Shown here: one piece after another, positions 1-7,751 of the stretch
How positions within the stretch are numbered: the first letter of the stretch is position 1
How the letters are laid out: each line of letters begins with the position of its first letter
NCBI GenBank assembly: GCA_001464035.1
Contig: LNEC01000023.1
Coordinates: 16,935 to 80,934, forward strand
Reading direction: 5' to 3'
DNA: 64,000 nucleotides
Source: Bradyrhizobiaceae bacterium Ga0074131
GTDB lineage: Bacteria > Pseudomonadota > Alphaproteobacteria > Rhizobiales > Xanthobacteraceae
Notes under the pieces: model-generated
Database searches by the model: none
Told to the model about the DNA's origin: nothing
The model's input: only the letters and a program-made list of their open reading frames with translations
Translations under genes and position numbers: made by a program

Positions 1-399
1 TATTTCACGGCGACCGAGCTCGCGCGGCGGATGATCGCGCGCAAGCAGCAAGGCAACATCGTCAACGTCGCCTCCGTGCTCGGCCTCGGCGTGATGAAGT
101 TCCTCTCGCCCTACACCATCTCCAAGGCGGGGATCATCCAGGCCACCAAGGCGATGGCGCTGGAGCTCGCCGGCAACCGCATCCGCGTCAATGCACTGGC
201 GCCGGGCTATATCGACACCGAGATGAACCACGAATTCTGGGCAACGCCCGCGGGCGAGAAGCTGGCCAAGCGGATCCCGCAGCGCCGTGTCGGCGCCGAA
301 TCCGATCTCGACGGCGCCATCATGCTGCTCGCCTCCGGCGCCTCGCGCTACATGACCGGCAGCGTGGTGACGGTGGACGGCGGCTTCCTGCTGGCGTGA
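1..399 (+). CDS. short-chain dehydrogenase/reductase, C-terminal part (5' end outside window)
   Basis: Frame of ORF 31..399 stays open to base 1. SDR catalytic YxxxK (YTISKAG), NALAPGYIDTEM, and C-terminal VTVDGG signature. Confidence 0.85.
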   Translation, partial: YFTATELARRMIARKQQGNIVNVASVLGLGVMKFLSPYTISKAGIIQATKAMALELAGNRIRVNALAPGYIDTEMNHEFWATPAGEKLAKRIPQRRVGAESDLDGAIMLLASGASRYMTGSVVTVDGGFLLA

Positions 400-641
400 T
401 CAGGTCAATCAGCCGCCACCACCGGCAACCGCTCGGACTTGCCGCAAGTCGTCGGGTAAACGCGGGCAAGCGGACGCGCCCGTTCCACGTGTGTTGCCTT
501 GGCAAGGTCGCCCGTCGCCCGCCTTTGGCGTAGCAGATCGAATTGCCGACAACCCAACGGCGCTCGCGCTGCGACCGGGCGTTCCGGCATTCCACGTCGC
601 GGTCTATTTGCTGAAATCCACCGAAGAAGAAGCGGCTCCCC

Positions 642-666
642 GGAACCTTCGCGGTTCCATGCCGTT
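642..666 (+). promoter_or_regulatory. EcfG-type (general stress response ECF sigma) promoter candidate
   Basis: GGAAC 642-646, exactly 16 nt spacer, CGTT 663-666. Lies 32 nt upstream of ATG 698. Confidence 0.6.
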
Positions 667-697
667 ATGGTGCGCGTTTCAACATGGAGAAAAATCA

Positions 698-850
698 ATG
701 TCAGACAGTGGTGACTCGGCGAGCGGAATTCTGGGAGTTCTGGTTGGGGTCGTCTTGGTGATCTTTATCGGCGCCGCAGTGCTGATGGCTACCGGAAAGA
801 TGGGCAACTCAGGTCCGAATTTCACCATCAGCATTCCAGGCGCGAAGTAA
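698..850 (+). CDS. small single-pass membrane protein (50 aa), unknown function
   Basis: Internal ATG 698 of ORF 491..850, preceded by ggaga at 686-690. MSDSGDSASGILGVLVGVVLVIFIGAAVLMATGK = one TM helix. High GC3. Confidence 0.55.
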   Translation: MSDSGDSASGILGVLVGVVLVIFIGAAVLMATGKMGNSGPNFTISIPGAK

Positions 851-880
851 ACAATCCAGTTCCACAACAGGAGAACAAAT

Positions 881-955
881 ATGAACGGTGTAGTTTATCT
901 GGTCGGTCTCGTCGTCATCGTCATGGCGGTCCTTTCCCTCATCGGGCTTCGTTAA
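881..955 (+). CDS. 24-aa hydrophobic micro-protein (not in ORF track)
   Basis: atg at 881 preceded by aggaga (869-874). Hand translation MNGVVYLVGLVVIVMAVLSLIGLR then taa. Sits between two same-strand genes with short gaps. Confidence 0.4.
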   Translation: MNGVVYLVGLVVIVMAVLSLIGLR

Positions 956-977
956 TTCATCAAAGGAAATACCCAAA

Positions 978-1883
978 ATGGCTATCACCGATACGATTGC
1001 TGCGAAGCCCAGTTATCTCGAATGGGGACCCATTCTGGCGGGTGCGATAGCAGCTGCTGCTTTGTCGTTCCTGCTTTTGACGTTCGGAAGCGCGGTCGGC
1101 CTTTCCCTCACTTCGCCCTGGCCCGGCGCCGGCGCCAAGCTGTGGGTCGTGGCGCTCGCGCTCGCCTGGTGGATGGTGTTGGTCCAGATCGCCAGCTTCG
1201 CCGCTGGAGGATATCTCGCCGGTCGCATGCGATCGCGCTGGATGGATTCGCGGTCGGCCGAAGGAGCATTTCGAGACAGCACCCACGGCTTCATGGTGTG
1301 GGCCGTCGGTGTCCTGATGGGAGCGGCGGTGCTGGCGATCGTCGGACTCGGGGCGGCCAAGACGGGCGCTGAAGCGGCCTCGACCGTCGCCGCGGGCGCG
1401 GCGTCGGGAAATCTCTCCAAATCGGGCCTCGCGATGGGGCCGGCGGACTACGCGGTCGACCTGCTTCTCCGGCCGCAGCCGGGCCAGACGACCGGTGCTG
1501 CCGGCGATGTGAAGGCGGCCAACGCGTCAAACGATGACGCGCTGCGCGCTGAAACGGGGCGGATATTCGCCGGTGCCATCAAGAATCAGGCGTTGACGGC
1601 ACGCGACCGGACCTATCTCACCCAAATCGTGGCGTCACGGACCGGACTGCCCCAGCCCGAAGCACAAGCCAGGGTCGATTCGGCGGTCACCGAAGCCCGT
1701 GACCTGGAAATAAAGGCCAGGGAGCAGGCGGATAAAGCCCGCAAGACGACCCTGATCACCGCCTTCATTGCCGCGATGTCGCTGCTCATCAGTCTCGTTG
1801 TCGCTACAGCGGCTGCGGCGGCAGGCGGTCGCCATCGGGATGAAGATCGCATTCCCATGTTCGCCGGGCATCGCTTCTGGTGA
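978..1883 (+). CDS. polytopic membrane protein (301 aa), unknown function
   Basis: ORF 978..1883 with aagga SD upstream. Several hydrophobic segments plus an Ala-rich soluble middle. No family recognised by me. Confidence 0.75.
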   Translation: MAITDTIAAKPSYLEWGPILAGAIAAAALSFLLLTFGSAVGLSLTSPWPGAGAKLWVVALALAWWMVLVQIASFAAGGYLAGRMRSRWMDSRSAEGAFRDSTHGFMVWAVGVLMGAAVLAIVGLGAAKTGAEAASTVAAGAASGNLSKSGLAMGPADYAVDLLLRPQPGQTTGAAGDVKAANASNDDALRAETGRIFAGAIKNQALTARDRTYLTQIVASRTGLPQPEAQARVDSAVTEARDLEIKAREQADKARKTTLITAFIAAMSLLISLVVATAAAAAGGRHRDEDRIPMFAGHRFW

Positions 1884-1910
1884 ACGAAGCACTTAACGAA
1901 GGAGAGTAAA

Positions 1911-1979
1911 ATGCCCATTCTGCTTTGGCTGGTTGGAATACCGATCCCGCTGATTCTTCTGTTTCTGCTATTGAGGTAA
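1911..1979 (+). CDS. 22-aa hydrophobic micro-protein (not in ORF track)
   Basis: atg at 1911 preceded by aaggagag (1899-1906). Hand translation MPILLWLVGIPIPLILLFLLLR then taa. Directly followed by a terminator. Confidence 0.4.
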   Translation: MPILLWLVGIPIPLILLFLLLR

Positions 1980-1999
1980 CCGACAACAGGAACGTTGAA

Positions 2000-2025
2000 G
2001 GCCGGCATGCGTGCCGGCCTTTTTC
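2000..2025 (+). terminator. rho-independent terminator
   Basis: GGCCGGCA (2000-2007) / TGCCGGCC (2012-2019), 4-nt loop, then TTTTT. Confidence 0.8.
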
Positions 2026-2289
2026 GTTGAGATCCTATGCGAAACATGCGGACGGACCCCCGAGGGCGGTGGCGCCCAAACCGGGAGATTGGTACCAAGG
2101 GATTTATCACTGCGCGGACCACGGGGTGGCGCAGGTCTGACCGCATACGCGCGAACGTGGCAGGGCAAACGGCCAGTTCCCAGGCTCATGGCGAAATGCT
2201 GTTGGGCTGCGCGTGGAGGGGCTCCGCGCGGCGGGTCGGCCCACGGCCATCCGATGGCGGTTTCAGAGGTCGAGAGGTTTATCCGAGCT

Positions 2290-2544
2290 TCACGGACGGG
2301 ACGCGGTGGTCAGATTGACCTGCCGCACGCTCACTTGCGAACTCTGCCCTCGCAAGCATGCACTGGAAAAATGCGGCCAGACCTGCGTCGCGCAATCGGG
2401 CGGGGTGGTCGCAGACGTCTCGACGGGCGCCTTTGCCGTCGTCGTGTCCGCCGTCTTTGCAGGCTGCTCACCGGCAGTGGCCGGCGTTGCAAATGCGAAA
2501 GCCGCGCAAGACAATACCAGATAGGCCGCCAGTCGGTTTTGCAT
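2290..2544 (-). CDS. small secreted protein (84 aa), unknown function
   Basis: ORF 2290..2544 with ggaga SD 6 nt upstream. N-terminal signal peptide MQNRLAAYLVLSCAAFAFATPATA. Thr/Ala-rich mature part with 2 Cys. Confidence 0.55.
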   Translation of the reverse strand: MQNRLAAYLVLSCAAFAFATPATAGEQPAKTADTTTAKAPVETSATTPPDCATQVWPHFSSACLRGQSSQVSVRQVNLTTASRP

Positions 2545-2574
2545 CGTTCGTCTCCGCTCCAGTAACCCTGCTGT

Positions 2575-2599
2575 AACGGCGAGCCAATTCCTTTGTTCC
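2575..2599 (-). promoter_or_regulatory. EcfG-type promoter candidate
   Basis: On the minus strand GGAAC (2599-2595), 16 nt spacer, CGTT (2578-2575). Lies 31 nt upstream of ATG at 2544. Confidence 0.55.
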
Positions 2600-2669
2600 G
2601 TACCTGCGCGTTAATTCAATTCCCGGTTCGAACTTGGGGCCGGGTCCGGGTGAGCAGGGCGCAGCTGCA

Positions 2670-4280
2670 TCAGGTCGCCCGCATCTCCGCCTTGATCATG
2701 TCGGCCGCCTTCTCGCCGATCATGATGGTCGGCGCATTGGTATTGCCGCCGATCAGGGTCGGCATCACGGAGGCATCGACGACCCGCAGGCCTTCAAGAC
2801 CGTGGACTTTCAGCCGGGCATCGACCACGGCCATCGCATCTCTGCCCATCCGGGCGGTGCCGACCGGGTGATAGACGGTGTCCACGCGCTGGCGCAGCAG
2901 CGCCCGGATCTGGTCGTCGGTCTCGACGCCCTCGGTGAACATGTCCTTCTTCTGCAAGGCGCGCAGCGCCGGCGTCTCCAGCAGCCGCCGCGTGACCTTG
3001 AAACCTGCGACCATGGATTCCAGATCGGCGGCCTCGCCGAGAAAGTTCGGATCGATCAGAGGGGCTACAAACGGATCGGCGCTGCCGAGCGCGACGCTGC
3101 CGCGACTCTTCGGCCGCAGCAGGCAGACGTGCAGCGAGAAGCCGGTGCCATTGTGACGCTTGCGGCCGTGGTCGTCGGCCATCGCCATGCCGAAATGCAG
3201 CTGGATGTCGGGCACGTCGAGGTCGGGGCTGGTTTTCAGGAAACCGCCGCACTCGGCGAAATTCGAGGTCATCGGTCCGCGGCGTTCCCTGCGGTACTGG
3301 CGAATCGCGCGCAACAGCCGCGGCAGCGCCTTCAGCGACAGGCCGCTGAAGTTCGGATTGTCCGACAGATAGCCGAACACGAAATCGGGATGGTCCTGCA
3401 GGTTCGCTCCGACGCCTGGCAGATGATGCACGCTTTCGATGCCGTGCCGGCCGAGGGCGTCGCCGTCGCCGACGCCCGACAGCATTAGCAGTTGCGGGGT
3501 CTGGAATGCGCCGGCGGAAACGATCACCTCGCGCCTCGCGCGGATCTGTTTCAGTTCCTTGCCGTGCCGGTATTCGACGCCGACCGCGCGCTTGCCCTCG
3601 AACAGGATACGGGTGGCGTGCGCGCGGGTCTCTATGCGCAGATTGGCGCGGCTGCCGATATGCGGATGGAGGTAGGCGCGCGCCGCGCTCCAGCGTTCGC
3701 CGTTCTTCTGCGTGAGCTGATAGACGCCAAGGCCTTCGTGGTCCTCGGCGTTGAAGTCCTCGCGCAAACGAAACTGCGCTTCCCGCGCGCCTTGCAGGAA
3801 GATCTGCTGCACCGGATTGTCGGTGCGCGATCCGTCGACATGCAGGGGTCCGCCCTTGCCATGGTACTCGCCGTCGAAATCGGCGTTGTCCTCCGAGCGC
3901 TTGAAATAGGGCAGCACGTCGGCATAGGCCCAGCCGGGATTGCCGAGCGAGGCCCATTGATCGTAGTCGCTGCGATGGCCGCGGATATAGACCATCGCGT
4001 TGATCGCGGACGAGCCGCCGAGCCCCTTGCCGCGCGGCTGATAGCCGATGCGGCCGTTGAGGCCTTGCTGCGGCACGGTGTTGAAGGCCCAGTTGTTGAC
4101 GTTGCCGGCGACCATCAGCACCAGCGCGAACGGCGTGGTCACCACCCAATTGTCGTTCCTGCCGCCGGCGTCCAGCACCGCCACCGAGGTCCCGGGATCC
4201 TCGGAGAGCCGTCCCGCCACCGCGCAGCCGCCCGAGCCGCCGCCCACCACCACGAAATCGTATGTTTCGGTCACGCGCAT
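2670..4280 (-). CDS. GMC-family FAD oxidoreductase (choline/alcohol dehydrogenase-like)
   Basis: ORF 2670..4538, start moved to Met87 (MRVTETYDFVVVGGGSGGCAVAGRLSED = GxGxxG FAD fold). The 86 upstream codons translate a repeat element. 536 aa is typical for BetA/AlkJ-like enzymes. Confidence 0.9.
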   Translation of the reverse strand: MRVTETYDFVVVGGGSGGCAVAGRLSEDPGTSVAVLDAGGRNDNWVVTTPFALVLMVAGNVNNWAFNTVPQQGLNGRIGYQPRGKGLGGSSAINAMVYIRGHRSDYDQWASLGNPGWAYADVLPYFKRSEDNADFDGEYHGKGGPLHVDGSRTDNPVQQIFLQGAREAQFRLREDFNAEDHEGLGVYQLTQKNGERWSAARAYLHPHIGSRANLRIETRAHATRILFEGKRAVGVEYRHGKELKQIRARREVIVSAGAFQTPQLLMLSGVGDGDALGRHGIESVHHLPGVGANLQDHPDFVFGYLSDNPNFSGLSLKALPRLLRAIRQYRRERRGPMTSNFAECGGFLKTSPDLDVPDIQLHFGMAMADDHGRKRHNGTGFSLHVCLLRPKSRGSVALGSADPFVAPLIDPNFLGEAADLESMVAGFKVTRRLLETPALRALQKKDMFTEGVETDDQIRALLRQRVDTVYHPVGTARMGRDAMAVVDARLKVHGLEGLRVVDASVMPTLIGGNTNAPTIMIGEKAADMIKAEMRAT

Positions 4281-4311
4281 TCCCCCGAATCTTATCGTTC
4301 TGTTTCTTCCA

Positions 4312-4394
4312 TCATTACGAGCGCAGCGAAGCAATCCATCTTTCTTTGCCTGGCGACCATGGATTGCTTCGTCGCAAGTGCTCTTCGCAACGAC
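4312..4394. repeat. intergenic hairpin repeat, family 1
   Basis: Perfect 13-bp arms cgaagcaatccat (4327-4339) / atggattgcttcg (4359-4371), flanked by cattacgagcg...cgcaacgac. A second copy lies at 56261-56373. Confidence 0.8.
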
Positions 4395-4405
4395 GGCCTC
4401 TAGTC

Positions 4406-5839
4406 TTACGACATGAATCGCAGCAGCTTTTGCAGCCGCGCGATCTTCGCCCCATAGGGCGGATAGAGATCGGCGAGGCGGTTGAACGGCGAGCGATAGA
4501 ACACTGGCTTCAGCTTGCTCAGCGTATCGAAGCCCCATTTGCCGTGATAGGCGCCGGTGCCGGACGCGCCGACGCCGCCCATCGGCTGGTACATCTGGGC
4601 AAAGTGAAACAGGCAGTCGTTGACCGTGACGCCGCCCGAGACCGTGCGGTCCAGCACCTCGTCGCGCGCCGCACCGTCCTTGCCGAACCAGTACAGCGCC
4701 AGCGGGCGGTCGTGCCTGTTGATGTAGGCCACCGGTTCGCCCGGATCCCTGTAGCCCATGACCGGCAGCAGCGGGCCGAAGATTTCTTCCTGCATGATCG
4801 CCATATCGGGTGTCGCGCCGACCACGATGGTCGGTGGAAACTTGCGCTTCGACTTCCAGGCGGGATCGTCGGGCCTGGTCTTGTGCAGGATCGTCGCGCC
4901 CCTGGCGGCGGCATCGGCCACCAGGCCCTCGAGCCTGCTGTAATGCCGGTCGGAGACGATCGAAGTGTAGTCCTTGTTGTCAGGGTCGGTCCCGAACATC
5001 CGCTGCATGCTGGCCTGCACCTTGTCGGCGAATTCCTGCACGGACGCTTCCGGCACCAGCGCATAATCCGGCGCGATGCAGGTCTGGCCGGCATTGAGCA
5101 ACTTGCCGTAGGCAATGCGATCGGCGGCCTCGGCGATATCGGCGGAGCGGTCGACGATGGCGGGCGATTTGCCGCCGAGTTCGAGCGTGACCGGCGTCAG
5201 ATTGCGCCCCGCGGCTTCGGCGACCAGGCGGCCGACCCGGGTCGAGCCGGTGAAGATCAGATGGTCGAACGGCAGCGACGCAAAGGCCGCGGAGATGCCC
5301 TCGTCGATGCCGGTGACGATCATTTCGGTGCGGTCGAACTTGGCTGCGATCACTTCCCTCAACAGCGCGGAGAACCGCGGCACCAACTCGCTCGGCTTGA
5401 TCATGACCCGGTTGCCCGCGGCCAATGCCGCCACCGCCGGCGCCAGCGTCAGCTGCAACGGATAATTCCACGGCGCGATGATTCCGACCACGCCGAGCGG
5501 CTGCGGCATCAGCCGGTTTTTCGCGGGAAAGAACTGCAGCGAGGTGGCCACCCGCGTTGGGGCCATCCAGGCTTTCAGGGATTTGGTGGCGTGCCTGATC
5601 TCGCCCCGCACCAGCATGGTTTCGGCGATCGTGGTCTCGGTCGTGCTGCGATGGCCGAAATCGGCCGAGATCGCCTGCTCGAAGCGGGTTTCGTTATCCG
5701 AAACCGCTGCGCGCAACCGCGCCAGCCGGTCGAGCCGCTCGGCGAGGCTGGGCGGGGCGGTGGTGCGGGTCAGCTCGCGCAGGCGGTGAAAGGCGTCCTC
5801 CAGGGCATATTGCCCGGGGCTTTTCAGTGGCTGGTCCAT
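4406..5839 (-). CDS. NAD(P)-dependent aldehyde dehydrogenase (coniferyl-aldehyde/ALDH3-like)
   Basis: 477 aa. ELGGKSP and catalytic-Cys motif NAGQTCIAPDY. gaggga SD 6 nt upstream. Confidence 0.9.
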   Translation of the reverse strand: MDQPLKSPGQYALEDAFHRLRELTRTTAPPSLAERLDRLARLRAAVSDNETRFEQAISADFGHRSTTETTIAETMLVRGEIRHATKSLKAWMAPTRVATSLQFFPAKNRLMPQPLGVVGIIAPWNYPLQLTLAPAVAALAAGNRVMIKPSELVPRFSALLREVIAAKFDRTEMIVTGIDEGISAAFASLPFDHLIFTGSTRVGRLVAEAAGRNLTPVTLELGGKSPAIVDRSADIAEAADRIAYGKLLNAGQTCIAPDYALVPEASVQEFADKVQASMQRMFGTDPDNKDYTSIVSDRHYSRLEGLVADAAARGATILHKTRPDDPAWKSKRKFPPTIVVGATPDMAIMQEEIFGPLLPVMGYRDPGEPVAYINRHDRPLALYWFGKDGAARDEVLDRTVSGGVTVNDCLFHFAQMYQPMGGVGASGTGAYHGKWGFDTLSKLKPVFYRSPFNRLADLYPPYGAKIARLQKLLRFMS

Positions 5840-6133
5840 GGCGTTTCCCTCGGGTTCCGGCTGGGAAGCTGGGCTTTTGGCAAGTTTCTGGCAAGAGCCG
5901 TCTCGGCGGGCTGATTTGGCGCAATAACGCGCGTTTCGACCGTCACAAAAAGCTCAAAAGATCGCCGACGGGCCTTTCCAAAGCGGGTTCACGTTGGTAC
6001 ATACCGCTCGCACCCGAGGGCATCTGCCATGGGTTGCCTTCTCAGGAAGCTTCCAGACGGCATTGATCGGCGCCCCCGGGCGTTGGCCAGATTCGTTTCG
6101 GTGTCGTTCCCGGCAAGGCGCGCAACGGTTTAT

Positions 6134-6210
<77 letters not shown>

Positions 6211-6219
6211 AGTTAAAAA

Positions 6220-6248
6220 CCTCCCAGGTCAAAGACTTGGGAGGTTTT
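6220..6248 (+). terminator. rho-independent terminator after tRNA
   Basis: CCTCCCA (6220-6226) / TGGGAGG (6238-6244), then TTTT. Confidence 0.75.
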
Positions 6249-6303
6249 CTGTTATGGGCTGCCGGTATGGATCAGCAACCTTCTCCTGGGCACGACCGAC
6301 AAG

Positions 6304-6323
6304 GCGCGACTAGCTAGTCGCGC
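6304..6323. repeat. perfect 20-bp palindrome
   Basis: GCGCGACTAG|CTAGTCGCGC, centred on CTAGCTAG. Lies in the non-coding gap between the tRNA and the Fic gene. Confidence 0.9.
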
Positions 6324-6467
6324 TCGCCGCCGCGGTTACTCGGGGCTTTGTTGATCGAGGAGCCGCCAGCATCGCGCTCCTGTGATTAAGGTCGCTGCAT
6401 CGGATGCCCGAAACAATGCCGCGCATCGACCACCGAGTGCGCCGCGTTTGTCGCCGCGAACAGCTTC

Positions 6468-7649
6468 CTAGGTTGCGCTCGCCGGGCCGGTATACAGACG
6501 CGGAAACCACCTATCGACCACCGCCAGCGGGAAGCCCAGCCGTACAGGCGATCGCGAGGTTGGCGAGACCAGGAAGCCTTTTTCAATGAGGGTGTTGAGC
6601 ACCGTTCTGGCCTGACGTTCCTGGTAGCCGGTAAGGCCTGGGGCCTTACCGCGCGCGAACTCGCCGGTCAGCAAGGCTTCGCGCAGCAGCGCCCAGCTAC
6701 CTCTTGGCAAACGGCCGGCGCGGGTCTCTTCCTCGCACCAGATTTCCATGCGCCGCTGCAGCTCGGCGGGCTCAAACAGCGATTCCATGAAGACCATCTG
6801 GTCCACGCAGCTCGACAGGAAAAACACGCAGAAATCGACCAGGCCGGATTGGGTGAGGTTGCCACGACCGTCGAGGTCGCCGCGACGCGGCTGGTCGGCA
6901 GATTGCAGAGCCGTCGTGTACTTATCGACGGCGCGGGCAAGACCGCGCGAGACGGGCCAGAGGCTTGAGCCAATGCCAAGCTCTTTGAGGAGCGCGTGGG
7001 AATAGAGGCGCGTAACCCGGCCATTGCCATCAGCGAACGGGTGAATCCACAGCAGGCGATGGTGTGAAGCCGCGACGCCGATGATGCGTTGGATTTTGGC
7101 GAGCTTGTCGTTGCCGTAAGCAGAGGCGAAGCGTTCGAGCAGCGCAGCCAGGTCTTCCGGGGCAGGGGGAAGGTGGTGTCCGACCTTGACCAGGATGCGC
7201 CTCAGCTCGCCCGGAACGACCCTTTCTTCGCGGCCGGTCCTGGGATCTAAAACGATCAGGAACTTCTCCGGCAGTTGCAGGCAGAACTCCTTGTGGACCC
7301 AGCGGATGAACTCGATCGAAGTGGAAGGTTGCGGCGCCGCGCCAGCATCGATCTTTTGCTGCACGTCGATGTGCGCGCGTGCTTCGAGCTGGAGATTGCG
7401 TTTTTCGGGCCCGGCGCTGTAGTCACCAGCCAGGGCGCGATCAATATCAATGGGGTGGGTATGGTGTCCCTCGATGAGGTTGCTGTAGTAGCAGTTCATC
7501 GAGCGGACGAGGTCCCCAAGGCCCTCTTGCATGACGGGGTGAAGGCGGCCTGCCAGGGCGTTGCTCTTGGCAACGAGGTCGGTTGCAAGGTCGGAAAGGC
7601 GCTGGCTCTCCTCAGGGAGGAGGGGTTCCATTGCGGTCGAAGTGGTCAC
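6468..7649 (-). CDS. Fic family protein (AMPylase-type) with N-terminal inhibitory-helix motif
   Basis: HPFADGNGRVTRL = Fic core HPFx[D/E]GNGR. SNLIEG fits [S/T]xxxE[G/N]. The start is either GTG 7649 or ATG 7631. Confidence 0.9.
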   Translation of the reverse strand: MTTSTAMEPLLPEESQRLSDLATDLVAKSNALAGRLHPVMQEGLGDLVRSMNCYYSNLIEGHHTHPIDIDRALAGDYSAGPEKRNLQLEARAHIDVQQKIDAGAAPQPSTSIEFIRWVHKEFCLQLPEKFLIVLDPRTGREERVVPGELRRILVKVGHHLPPAPEDLAALLERFASAYGNDKLAKIQRIIGVAASHHRLLWIHPFADGNGRVTRLYSHALLKELGIGSSLWPVSRGLARAVDKYTTALQSADQPRRGDLDGRGNLTQSGLVDFCVFFLSSCVDQMVFMESLFEPAELQRRMEIWCEEETRAGRLPRGSWALLREALLTGEFARGKAPGLTGYQERQARTVLNTLIEKGFLVSPTSRSPVRLGFPLAVVDRWFPRLYTGPASAT

Positions 7650-7751
7650 TTTTGCCGCTTTCTTTTCCGGTTATAATATATATTTATCAGTGACTTATAT
7701 AAAGTAAGACCGTTAAAATTGCCGGTCATTTTGCCGCTTTCTTTGCCGGTT
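7644..7751. repeat. 28/29-nt direct repeat pair flanking an AT-rich core
   Basis: Read on the minus strand: aaccggAaaagaaagcggcaaaaGtgacc (7672-7644) and aaccggCaaagaaagcggcaaaa-tgacc (7751-7724). About 50 nt of AT-rich sequence lies between them. Confidence 0.85.

Noticed and set aside
633-658. Divergent EcfG-type promoters using the GGTTCC arms on the opposite strand (at 654-658, 36075-36079 and 43631-43635).
   Set aside because: The required CGTT at N16/N17 on the opposite strand is absent in all three cases.
2794-4149. Very long ORFs antisense to or out of frame with recognised genes (for example 2794..4149, 17606..19315, 38519..40333, 40564..42474, 62545..63867).
   Set aside because: These are typical shadow ORFs of a high-GC genome. 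They have Arg/Pro/Gly/Ala-rich low-complexity translations, carry no recognisable motifs, and fully overlap genes with clear family signatures.
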